Virus record (IMG/VR): IMGVR_UViG_3300019874_000013
Location: 1-39,367 of that record
Length of the DNA stretch: 39,367 nt
Source of the DNA: a virus
Taxonomy: Duplodnaviria > Caudoviricetes
Reading direction: 5' to 3' (one strand)
Position numbers and translations under genes: made by a program. Under the pieces are notes generated by a model. The model saw only the letters and a program-made list of their open reading frames with translations. It searched no databases and was not told the origin of the DNA. Positions 16,386-25,425 of the stretch are shown in pieces. Numbering within the stretch: the first letter of the stretch is position 1; each line of letters starts with the position of its first letter.

Positions 16386-17468
16386 ATGATCGGTACATTA
16401 GATGATATTATCACGAAAGTTAGGAAGCTGACGGGCGCTGGAACTGATCTTCAACTTACCCGTGCGCAAATCATTGACTATATCAATTCGTTTTATCTCT
16501 ATGACTTCCCAGCAGAGTTTAGAAGCTTAAAGCTTAAGGATATCTATACATTTAATACTATTCAGGGCTTAGACACATACCCTTTCGATTATAACCATTG
16601 GAGTACGGTGCAGAGTCCGGCCTACTGCATGAAGAGACCTATCGCTCTTTATACCAATAAATGGAACTTCTATGGCCAATCCTATAACTGGCAGTTTCAA
16701 GACAATTTCGCTTCGGGAGTGGGTACATCTGGCCCATACTCAGGAACCCTAACTTCTACGCCTATCCTTGCTAGTGTAAATAATAACCCAATGGTATTTA
16801 CTCCTGCTCCTGCATTAGGGCCGTTCCCTACAGGTGTACCAGTAGCATTTCCACAGGCTAATATATCTAGGATTCAGAATATACTTATCACGGCCAATAC
16901 AGCGACAAGCTCTCTGCATGTAACAGATGATAGCGCAGGTAATCTGATAGGCGACTGTTTGCCAAACGGAACAATAAATTATCAAACAGGGGTTATCTCA
17001 AACCTTCGGTTCTCTGCTGCTATTCCTTCAGGTAATCCTATACAGGCTCAGTATTCGCCTTATCAACCCACGGTGCCTTTGTCTATATTGTTCCAGCAGC
17101 AACAGTTCATCCTCCGACCTGTGCCAGATCGTGGTTACCCTATCGAGATCACGGCCTATCGGCTTCCTTCTCAGGCTCTACTTGGCTCCGAAGACCCCAA
17201 CAATCCGAATACGGCTGGAGTTCCTGAGCTTTTAGAGTGGTGGGAAACAATTGCATTTGGAGCGGCTAAGAAAGCTTTTGAAGACCGTTGGGATGATGAC
17301 GGGGTTGCGAGCATGGATAAGAGCTTGAAAGAGCGATACGCAAATAATGAAGCTAGAACCTATGCTCAGCTAGGCTCACAAAAGATAGATACTATTTTTA
17401 CCGATCAACTGGATTGTAACTATGGCTATTATGGCCTTACATTCGGCAATCCTGGAGGCAAATCATGA
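16386..17468 (+). CDS. Head-to-tail adaptor / tail tubular-like protein
   Basis: TLDDIITKVRKLT N-terminus and LRPVPD motif; position in the module. Confidence 0.6.
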   Translation: MIGTLDDIITKVRKLTGAGTDLQLTRAQIIDYINSFYLYDFPAEFRSLKLKDIYTFNTIQGLDTYPFDYNHWSTVQSPAYCMKRPIALYTNKWNFYGQSYNWQFQDNFASGVGTSGPYSGTLTSTPILASVNNNPMVFTPAPALGPFPTGVPVAFPQANISRIQNILITANTATSSLHVTDDSAGNLIGDCLPNGTINYQTGVISNLRFSAAIPSGNPIQAQYSPYQPTVPLSILFQQQQFILRPVPDRGYPIEITAYRLPSQALLGSEDPNNPNTAGVPELLEWWETIAFGAAKKAFEDRWDDDGVASMDKSLKERYANNEARTYAQLGSQKIDTIFTDQLDCNYGYYGLTFGNPGGKS

Positions 17469-18112
17469 CATATGGATCTCTCCCTAACTCGGGGCAATCC
17501 TTGGGGCAAACTAGAGCCACCATTAAAAACAACTTTGACCTGATAAAATCTACTATAGATCAGAATCACAGAGACTTTAATGCCTCGGGCGCAGGCAAGC
17601 ATTACGTTATTCAAATGCCTGTTACTGCAACTATCCCTGTAAATCCAGTTCCCCCAGGCGGTTTGGTTGCTGGGGATGCTAATATCTATTCGAAAACCTC
17701 AAGTGTTGCGAGTCAAATATTCTTTAGCCCTGACGCTTCAGGCAATGAGTATCAATTAACACGAGCGATAACAGCCAATTTTGCAAGTTTTAGTACTAAC
17801 GCTCCTTATGGGGTAGCTCCAGCTAATACCATAATTATAGGTGGATGGACATTTCTACCAGGTGGAATGTTGTATCAGTACGGATTATTCACGGGAACTT
17901 CTGCTTCAAGCACTCCAACTAATGGTACTATTCCTTTTCCTATAGTTTTTACTAATCCTCCTTATGTAGTTCAACTTCAGGTAAGACGAAACGATGCTTC
18001 TGGTGCCAGAGCTTCTATTTCCAGAACAAGTCCTCCTACTGCGATAGATTTTACCTACAATTTGGAAAGTGGTACTTGCGATGGTGTTTATTGGGTAGCA
18101 ATCGGGATATGA
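17465..18112 (+). CDS. Tail-associated protein with fibre-type C-terminal domain
   Basis: GWTFLPGGMLYQYG...IPFPIVF...VYWVAIG. Confidence 0.7.
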   Translation: MTYGSLPNSGQSLGQTRATIKNNFDLIKSTIDQNHRDFNASGAGKHYVIQMPVTATIPVNPVPPGGLVAGDANIYSKTSSVASQIFFSPDASGNEYQLTRAITANFASFSTNAPYGVAPANTIIIGGWTFLPGGMLYQYGLFTGTSASSTPTNGTIPFPIVFTNPPYVVQLQVRRNDASGARASISRTSPPTAIDFTYNLESGTCDGVYWVAIGI

Positions 18113-20409
18113 CTAAATTAGATGAGCTTTACATAGCCGGAAGTGACATCGGTCTTCAGTTAAACAAGAAGCCCTACCTCCTACCCGATAAAGCTTTCTC
18201 TAAATTAGAAAATGCCTATGTATACCGTGATCGAGTTATCAAGAGACAGGCTCTCCGTTCATTAGGCCGATTACGTCGAGTTTTTACGGGAGCTGATGTT
18301 CGTTCATTGGGAGTTACGGTAGCTCTTCAGACTACTTACACTTATGCGGATATCTTTGCTTCTTTTATCCCTCCTCTTGGTGCGGCTGAGCCAGATAAAA
18401 GCATAGAGCCAGGATCTTTAGTCATTACGATTGCGGCTCCCGATGCAGCAACATTCACCGATAATGGATTGGGCGGTTTCACCGTTACAGGCGCTGGCGT
18501 AGCCGCTGGCTCTTCGGTTAACTACGCGACAGGTGCAGTAACTATCGTCTTAACCGCCTCCGCAGGTGGAGCAGCTATCACGGCAGCTATAAACTATTTC
18601 CCCAATCTCCCTGTAATGGGGATAGCGGACAGAGAGATCAGCTCGGTAAATGATGAAGAAACCTTCTTCTTTGACACTGTCTATGCTTATAAATTCGTGG
18701 GAAGCGGCTTCCAAGAGGCCATACCTGGTACAGTCTGGACAGGAACGGACTACGACTTCTTCTGGACGACAAATTATAGAGGTGTAACCGCAGATTCTAG
18801 GCTTTTCTTTGTAACTAACTTCTCGCTATTAGATCCAATGCGTTATACCGACGGAAACACCTGGACAACCTTTCAGCCTATCATCTCGGATAATCCACCC
18901 TCGGCAGCGCAAAGCTTACTCTATAAGGCTAAGATACTCATCCCCTACTATGGGAGATTGATAGCTCTTAACACTTTCGAAGGGACGACAGCAGGTGGTG
19001 TCGCGGCGGCTGGAAACTTCTTTGCCAGGGCTAGATTTAGCAGAATCGGTGACCCTACAGCGGTGGACTCTTGGAGATCCGATCAGTTCGGTAAGGGTGG
19101 ATTCATTGACGCGCCCACTAACGAATCCATCATGTCGGCTATCTTCTTTAAGAATACTCTCATTGTCTCATTTGAGCGCTCTACTTGGCAGCTTCGCTAT
19201 GTTGGAGAGTACGGGTTACCTTTCCTATGGGAACGTATCTCATCTGATTTCGGTTCTGAGTCTAAAATGTCAGGTATTTTATTCGATCAAGGCGTTGCTG
19301 TAGTTGGAGACAAGGCTATTACCTCATCAAACAGTATTAATGTGCAGCGTATAGATGAGCAGATACCCGATGTGGTTTTCGGCTTCCGCAATGCCGAGCA
19401 AGGGATTGAAAGAGTTAATGGAATAAGAGACTTTCAGAGACAATTGGTGTTCTGGAACTACTCCGATTCTAATTTGAGAAGGAAATTCCCCAATAGAGTT
19501 CTAGTATATAACTATGAGAACGCTACCTATGCCATATTTCGAGATAATGTAACTGCTTTTGGCACGTTTCAGGCTCAAGGGGGCAACATTCTATGGGACT
19601 CACTCGACATATTCTGGGATGATGACGATGTGTTCTGGGATGACTTCGATACGCAGAGCCTTTTCCCAAGTATAGTTATTGGAAATCAACAGGGATTCAT
19701 TAGCTACTATGGGTATAACTCTCTTGATGAGCCTTCTTTGTATATACAGTCTATCACGTTGGCAAATCCGATAACTTTAGTGATTCCTGACCATAACTTA
19801 GAAGATTTAGAGATAATCCAGCTAAAAGGGCTTCTTTTCACCACTTCGGCGGGAGTCCCAATAGCAACCGACCTCAATGATCGCATTTTCCAAGTCACCC
19901 GAGTGGATGCTGATACCATAACATTATCAGAATGGGATGGAACAGATTACGTCACAGATTACTCTTTTACGCCGGACAATACGAATATCTATATCGGCGG
20001 AGGATTGGTAGCGCTATTCCCTAAGATGGATATTCAGACTAAGGATTTCAATCCCTATGATAAAAAAGCTAATCAGGTTAAATTGGCTTATATTGACTTC
20101 CTAACGGACGTTCCAGGAAACCCGGATGCGGCTATGACAGTAGAGCTTCTTCTAAACTCTTCCCCAATAGCTATAGGTAATGTCATTGTCGGTAATAAAG
20201 ACGTGGAACAGTACCTTCCCGCACCCTATTACTTGCCCTTATCCGACTATGCGTGGCATAGGTTCTATGCGACGACGACAGGACAATATATTAAAGTACG
20301 CATGACTTATAGCGATGCTCTCATGAATCAGCTATCTACGCATACTTCATCTTGGGTTCTTAATGCGATGAGTCTATATGTGAAAATGGGTGGACGAAAT
20401 CCATTTTGA
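18109..20409 (+). CDS. Tail nozzle / stabilisation protein (podovirus type)
   Basis: About 766 aa, beta-rich; the likely ATG at 18109 overlaps the upstream stop. Confidence 0.65.
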   Translation: MTKLDELYIAGSDIGLQLNKKPYLLPDKAFSKLENAYVYRDRVIKRQALRSLGRLRRVFTGADVRSLGVTVALQTTYTYADIFASFIPPLGAAEPDKSIEPGSLVITIAAPDAATFTDNGLGGFTVTGAGVAAGSSVNYATGAVTIVLTASAGGAAITAAINYFPNLPVMGIADREISSVNDEETFFFDTVYAYKFVGSGFQEAIPGTVWTGTDYDFFWTTNYRGVTADSRLFFVTNFSLLDPMRYTDGNTWTTFQPIISDNPPSAAQSLLYKAKILIPYYGRLIALNTFEGTTAGGVAAAGNFFARARFSRIGDPTAVDSWRSDQFGKGGFIDAPTNESIMSAIFFKNTLIVSFERSTWQLRYVGEYGLPFLWERISSDFGSESKMSGILFDQGVAVVGDKAITSSNSINVQRIDEQIPDVVFGFRNAEQGIERVNGIRDFQRQLVFWNYSDSNLRRKFPNRVLVYNYENATYAIFRDNVTAFGTFQAQGGNILWDSLDIFWDDDDVFWDDFDTQSLFPSIVIGNQQGFISYYGYNSLDEPSLYIQSITLANPITLVIPDHNLEDLEIIQLKGLLFTTSAGVPIATDLNDRIFQVTRVDADTITLSEWDGTDYVTDYSFTPDNTNIYIGGGLVALFPKMDIQTKDFNPYDKKANQVKLAYIDFLTDVPGNPDAAMTVELLLNSSPIAIGNVIVGNKDVEQYLPAPYYLPLSDYAWHRFYATTTGQYIKVRMTYSDALMNQLSTHTSSWVLNAMSLYVKMGGRNPF

Positions 20410-20457
20410 ATATATTGGGGGGAAAGATATAGTTTAGTAAATTTATTGAGGAATCTT

Positions 20458-20598
20458 ATGCCGAAAGGAATTTATACAAGAACTCATCTTCCTATTATGA
20501 TTGGTAAACGATTTGGTAAGTTAACTATCAAAATTTTTAACGTAACAGATGCAAATATAAGTAATATCTGTCAGCGGCATACTTGGAGGCATATCTAA
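20458..20598 (+). pseudogene. Internally deleted homing-endonuclease-like remnant (46 aa)
   Basis: MPKGIY...IGKRFGKLT fused to FNVTDANISNICQRHTWRHI; GAGG RBS. Confidence 0.55.
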
Positions 20599-21071
20599 TG
20601 GCATTTTCATCCGATCAACCACTTACCTCTAATCAGCTACCTATCTCTATCGACTTCCCTTCGGAGCCGGCGCAACTACTTACTGTTATCACAGATACCT
20701 ATAAGCGTACGGCTAATGTTGTTAATAGCAAAGTTGGAGGCCTTTACAACCCGACTGAAGTTGCCACATTTAAGCTATTAGCGGATGCTTCGCCATTAAT
20801 GCAAACAAGAAGCGTCTACAGAAAGACGCTTGATTTAGTCATTTTAAATGGCGGCCCTATAGGAGCAGGAGCGACAGTTGTTTTCCCTCATAATATAACC
20901 GGCATAACCAATACGATGATAATCTATGCTAGTTGCACAAGCTCGACTTCTATATTTTTCACTGTTGTTTACCCCGATGTATTTCTTGATGCGACCGATG
21001 TTACTTTCACGAATCCTCTTGGCGTTACCTTAACCCAATGTATTTGCATTGCCGAATATACTAAAGTTTGA
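20598..21071 (+). CDS. Virion structural protein
   Basis: GGAGG RBS before the ATG at 20598. Confidence 0.7.
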   Translation: MAFSSDQPLTSNQLPISIDFPSEPAQLLTVITDTYKRTANVVNSKVGGLYNPTEVATFKLLADASPLMQTRSVYRKTLDLVILNGGPIGAGATVVFPHNITGITNTMIIYASCTSSTSIFFTVVYPDVFLDATDVTFTNPLGVTLTQCICIAEYTKV

Positions 21072-21116
21072 CAATCCCTATTCTGTTTAGCAACATCAGG
21101 AAAAAATGGTGATTCA

Positions 21117-21722
21117 ATGGCTGCACCCGCATTTATGGCATTTCAGGGGCTTAGTTCAATATTAAGTGGCCTCACAGATCAGAGCGGCTACAAAAAACAA
21201 TCCAATTTCGATAAGAATCAGAAGAATATCTATGGGCAGATGAACCAGCAAGCGAACCAGTTAGGGGCGCAAGGCGGGGGATATGAAAATGCGATGGGTC
21301 TTCTTCAGGATTATCTAAATCCCCAGAGTGACGTTTATAAGAACTTTGAAGCTCCCTACATGCAGCAATTCGAGCAGCAGACTATTCCTGGCATAGCTGA
21401 GAAATTTGCAGGCATGGGCGCAATGGGAGGCGGTCTATCGTCTAGTGGATTCGGTCAAGCACTTGGGGCAGCGGGAGCCAATTTACAGACCGATCTAGCC
21501 TCTATGAAGTCGCAAATGCAAAGACAGTCCATCGGTGATATTCTAGGCCAATATAACAAGCTTACTAGTGGAATTATGGGAGCACAGCCTTTCACCCAAG
21601 AGGCTCAAGGCCCAGGAACTCTTTCAAGCATCTTTGGTGGTCTAGGAGGGATGAGTAATCCTTTTGGTGCTTTCACCGGGGGCGGCAACAAGCAAAAAAG
21701 CGGAAGTATTAGCTTTGGATAA
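21117..21722 (+). CDS. Putative ejection/pilot protein
   Basis: Gly/Gln-rich; position typical of podovirus ejection genes. Confidence 0.6.
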   Translation: MAAPAFMAFQGLSSILSGLTDQSGYKKQSNFDKNQKNIYGQMNQQANQLGAQGGGYENAMGLLQDYLNPQSDVYKNFEAPYMQQFEQQTIPGIAEKFAGMGAMGGGLSSSGFGQALGAAGANLQTDLASMKSQMQRQSIGDILGQYNKLTSGIMGAQPFTQEAQGPGTLSSIFGGLGGMSNPFGAFTGGGNKQKSGSISFG

Positions 21723-21743
21723 TCTAAATAAGAAGGTTGTTTA

Positions 21744-23084
21744 ATGGTTCAGTATGTAACACATTCTCCCCAGGCTGAGTCTCAAAAGGCTATGCGTGGG
21801 AATCTATCCAAGATATTCGATCAAACCAATCAATTCGCAATTGAACAACAGCAATACGAAAGAAATAGAGGTCGTCTTCAGCAAGCATTGGGGGAAGTAG
21901 AACAGAGTGCAAAAAATCCACAAGGAACACCTCTTCAAACTTCGCTTTCTTTTTTAAATGCTATGGCTGGAATACCTGGCTCAGAAAGATATACCGCTCA
22001 AGTTTTACCTCAAATTCTTCAACAAGCACAGGCTGAGAAGATTTATGGCAATAAGTCCGGTGGCTCTGCTTCATTTGGGGGACAAGGTTCGCCGCAAGCT
22101 CCTGGGCAGCAAATGCCTCAACAAGACTTTGCTCAAGGAAACCAGAATATAACAGGGCCTTCTCCTACTGGCCAACAAGGGCCTTTACCACAAGAAAGAC
22201 AATATCCTACAGGAGGAGTACTCCCCGAAGTAATACCTACCGAGGAAATAGACCAGGAAGCAAAAAATGCAGCGTTAATATCAGGTGATCCTAATAGATA
22301 TTCCTCTAGAATGTCTGAACTCCAAAATTATAACCAATTAGCTCAACAGGCTCAGGATATAGCAAGTAAAAAAGCCGCTTCTTTTGGAATACCCCCCCAA
22401 GAAATCCCCGAATTCTTAAAATTGGGCAAAAGATATGGCTATTTAAGAAATTCGGATGACTGGGCAGAAAAAACACTTAAAGACTGGAAAGTTTATAAGA
22501 GCGACAAGGAAAAATTACAAAATGCTTTTGTTCCAGGGTTTTTTACTGGTTTAGTTTCTAGTGCTAAGTCGCGTGAAGATACGCTTAAGAAATTAAACCC
22601 TGTAGTAAGAGATCTTGTAGATAAAGGGTTTGAGCCAGAAACAAGAGCGCAACTTGCGCAGCAAGGGCTTAGCCCAACAGAGGTTGAGGAACAGATTAAT
22701 CCTCTTAGCTCAAAAGCTCAGGCTGCTCTTTCGGGCGTTGCCAAATATTCCGCAGATATGGGTGAAGATTTAGATGTTAAAAGGAAAGATGGAAAAACTT
22801 TTAGAGACATTATAAATAAAGACTTAGTCAAGTATTTTGAAAATAATATCGACGAAAAGACTCCTCTTTCCGTACTTAGACATAAATTATGGGCTGATAA
22901 GGGAGTTCCGTGGGAATCTATAGGCCCCGCGATTCGTGAGGCTGTCGCTAATAAAAAGATAAACCTAACTCCAGCTCAACAAACAGAAATGGTAGAGGTA
23001 GAAACACAACCCCCTAGGAATTCACTAAGTGAAATCTTTAAAGATTGGTGGAGACCAATTGAATTCATTAAAGGTTCTAAATGA
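21744..23084 (+). CDS. Putative internal virion (ejection) protein
   Basis: Gln-rich, helical, 446 aa. Confidence 0.55.
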   Translation: MVQYVTHSPQAESQKAMRGNLSKIFDQTNQFAIEQQQYERNRGRLQQALGEVEQSAKNPQGTPLQTSLSFLNAMAGIPGSERYTAQVLPQILQQAQAEKIYGNKSGGSASFGGQGSPQAPGQQMPQQDFAQGNQNITGPSPTGQQGPLPQERQYPTGGVLPEVIPTEEIDQEAKNAALISGDPNRYSSRMSELQNYNQLAQQAQDIASKKAASFGIPPQEIPEFLKLGKRYGYLRNSDDWAEKTLKDWKVYKSDKEKLQNAFVPGFFTGLVSSAKSREDTLKKLNPVVRDLVDKGFEPETRAQLAQQGLSPTEVEEQINPLSSKAQAALSGVAKYSADMGEDLDVKRKDGKTFRDIINKDLVKYFENNIDEKTPLSVLRHKLWADKGVPWESIGPAIREAVANKKINLTPAQQTEMVEVETQPPRNSLSEIFKDWWRPIEFIKGSK

Positions 23085-24460
23085 CACCTATTCTTAATGC
23101 AGCTCTGCAAGGCTATTCAGTCAGCCAGATTATCGGCTTTCTAACTAAGCTTTATCCCTCGATGGGATCTAAGATTAGAAAAGCGCAGACTGCTGGATAT
23201 GGTATTGATAAAATCCTAGAGTTTGTTTCTAAAACTATGGAGGGTGGCAAGGCAGATCCACGTTTAACTCAAAGTGAAATTCACGCTTCTAATATGGAGC
23301 GCCAATCCCAGATGACAAAAGACCTCCTGAAGACTGCGGCTGGAACGGGAGCGGGCATACTGGGTGCATCTGCATTGAGTCAACTTATGCCTCAATCTCC
23401 TCAAAATCCTTCTACTGCACCTCAACCTGGCCCTCTTCCAATTCAGCCTACTCCAAATCACATGCCTCCAATCGGCCCTAACATGGGAAGAAATGTACCA
23501 CAGCCCCCACAGCCACAAGCTCCTACTGTTCCTCCTCCAGCAATGGCACCTAATGCGGCTCCAGCCCCACAGCCTCAGCCTATTGCTTCTAATCCAATCC
23601 CTCAAGCTGCTGGAATCCTCGACAGTCTAGGAGTTAGGGAATTAGCCGAGAAGATGCGTCTTCAAGGGAAATCCCCCGAGATGATTAGTCAAGTGATTGC
23701 TAAATCTCTGAAAGGCGAAAAGCTAGATCAGTTTAACCAACTGGTTAACTCCAAGCAAATACCTCCTTTAAAAGATCTTGTTTCCCAGTTTATGCAGGAA
23801 GAGCCGACAATGCAGACTGCTAAGCTCCCCGAAGGCAAGGAATTCAAGATGGGCGGCTTACTCGAACCTATACAGCCTAATGAGATCATCAAAGAAGATT
23901 ACCAAGTACCAGAAGGGGAAAGACCGCCAATTAAGAAAGGCTCGATGGTTATCAAGCCAGATGGAACGGTCGGTGAGGTAAAGGGTGAAGATAAATCAGG
24001 GGCTATAGTTGAAAGCGATGGGAAAGCTTCCAAAGTTTCAATGGATGAGCTGGAATCTGAGCCGGAAGATGTCATCTCCATTACTCAAGACTTGCTTAAG
24101 ATCCCTGAAGTAGACCGGTCGAGTGTAGTATCTCTCTTCACTTATGATCCCGAAGAAAAAGATATGTTCATTCAGTATCACAATGGGGATACATATAGAT
24201 ACCTTGATGTTGACCCCAAAAAGGTCTTTAATGTGGCTAATAAAATGGGCATACCTATAACCGAAGGGAAGAATATCTTTGGAGCTTGGTCACCGGAAGA
24301 TAAGAAATCTATAGGGGCGACTCTTATTCAGGAATTCTTAAAAGATCCCAAATATGCCAAGCCTAAAAAAGGTGCTCCTTCAAACCCTAACTACAAAAAA
24401 CTCGAGACATTTTATGACTACTGGGAAAAACTCAGAAAAAAGCCAAAAAGAAGACCCTAA
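23081..24460 (+). CDS. Putative internal virion protein with Pro-rich linker and KTSC-like domain
   Basis: RSSVVSLFTYDPEEKDMFIQYHNGDTYRYLDV resembles KTSC. Confidence 0.55.
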   Translation: MTPILNAALQGYSVSQIIGFLTKLYPSMGSKIRKAQTAGYGIDKILEFVSKTMEGGKADPRLTQSEIHASNMERQSQMTKDLLKTAAGTGAGILGASALSQLMPQSPQNPSTAPQPGPLPIQPTPNHMPPIGPNMGRNVPQPPQPQAPTVPPPAMAPNAAPAPQPQPIASNPIPQAAGILDSLGVRELAEKMRLQGKSPEMISQVIAKSLKGEKLDQFNQLVNSKQIPPLKDLVSQFMQEEPTMQTAKLPEGKEFKMGGLLEPIQPNEIIKEDYQVPEGERPPIKKGSMVIKPDGTVGEVKGEDKSGAIVESDGKASKVSMDELESEPEDVISITQDLLKIPEVDRSSVVSLFTYDPEEKDMFIQYHNGDTYRYLDVDPKKVFNVANKMGIPITEGKNIFGAWSPEDKKSIGATLIQEFLKDPKYAKPKKGAPSNPNYKKLETFYDYWEKLRKKPKRRP

Positions 24461-24531
24461 AGAATATGAAGTTCTAAAGAAGTTTGCCTTTATCCGTAAG
24501 AGGCTCGCTGCTTCTAAGAAGAAAAAGAAAG

Positions 24532-24720
24532 CTAAGACCTCTGTGAAATCCTAGCCTGTTGCTTCAGTTCGGCTATTTCTTGTCTCAATAGGTTAATATC
24601 ACGCTCTTGCTCTCTGAATAAATGCTCGGTGCTTGCCTGACTATGCCCGACTTTCTTTCCGGCAAAGAAACAAGCTATAAGTAACAATATTCCTACAATT
24701 CCATCAAATGTATCGTTCAT
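24532..24720 (-). CDS. Small TM + coiled-coil protein
   Basis: N-terminal hydrophobic helix, then heptads. Confidence 0.65.
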   Translation of the reverse strand: MNDTFDGIVGILLLIACFFAGKKVGHSQASTEHLFREQERDINLLRQEIAELKQQARISQRS

Positions 24721-24950
24721 TTTTGTACCCCTAAAGGGTAAGAGAGTCTTAAAGCGTCCTGCTTTCGTAACTCACATAGTATATCTATAAGACTAGCGTT
24801 CTTTCTGTTTTCAACCTGAAGTTCTTTGATATTAAACTCGGCTATATTCAAGTCGTATGCACATAATTCGATCTTCTTATTAAGATCCTTTACGGTAATA
24901 AAGAAAATAGCTAAGAATATGATAAATAAAATAGCTTCAAAAGCCCTCAT
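24717..24950 (-). CDS. Small TM + coiled-coil protein
   Basis: AILFIIFLAIFFITV; ATGA coupling. Confidence 0.65.
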   Translation of the reverse strand: MRAFEAILFIIFLAIFFITVKDLNKKIELCAYDLNIAEFNIKELQVENRKNASLIDILCELRKQDALRLSYPLGVQK

Positions 24951-25090
24951 TTTCTTCCATCCTTTAGTAAATCTATAAACATTTCGTAGAGCTTATCCGT
25001 TCTTGCTCCTTGTGTCTTTACATCTTGATGGATGTAAGCGGCTGCGCTGATTACTGTAGCGATGATTGCGATGGTTTGTGCCCAATCCAT
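24947..25090 (-). CDS. Small TM protein (47 aa, not in the track)
   Basis: MDWAQTIAIIATVISAAAYIHQDVKTQGARTDKLYEMFIDLLKDGRK; fills the gap exactly. Confidence 0.7.
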   Translation of the reverse strand: MDWAQTIAIIATVISAAAYIHQDVKTQGARTDKLYEMFIDLLKDGRK

Positions 25091-25092
25091 AT

Positions 25093-25287
25093 TTATTTCC
25101 TGCTTTGTTCTAATGTGGATTGTAAGTCGAACATTTGTTTTTTGAGTAATTCCAACTCTCTAGACAGGCTAATCTCTTTAAGCTGAGCCAATTCTTTTTG
25201 ATGGCTGGCATCAGATCTAGAATCCCCTACGGCTTTCCCGATCACGAAAACAAGCATTATGAAAAGTAGGCCGAAAAAAAGTTCCAT
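25093..25287 (-). CDS. Small TM + coiled-coil protein
   Basis: AAGGAG RBS preceded by ACAACAAC. Confidence 0.65.
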   Translation of the reverse strand: MELFFGLLFIMLVFVIGKAVGDSRSDASHQKELAQLKEISLSRELELLKKQMFDLQSTLEQSRK

Positions 25288-25425
25288 GATTAATCTCCTT
25301 GTTGTTGTTCTTATATGTTAACATAAGCCTCACATTATTAGTATCTTAAAGAATTAGTTGCCAACTTCGTTTCTGTTAAGCAAGTTTGAATTTTAAAAAC
25401 TTAACCTCTTCGAGGGACAAAAACT

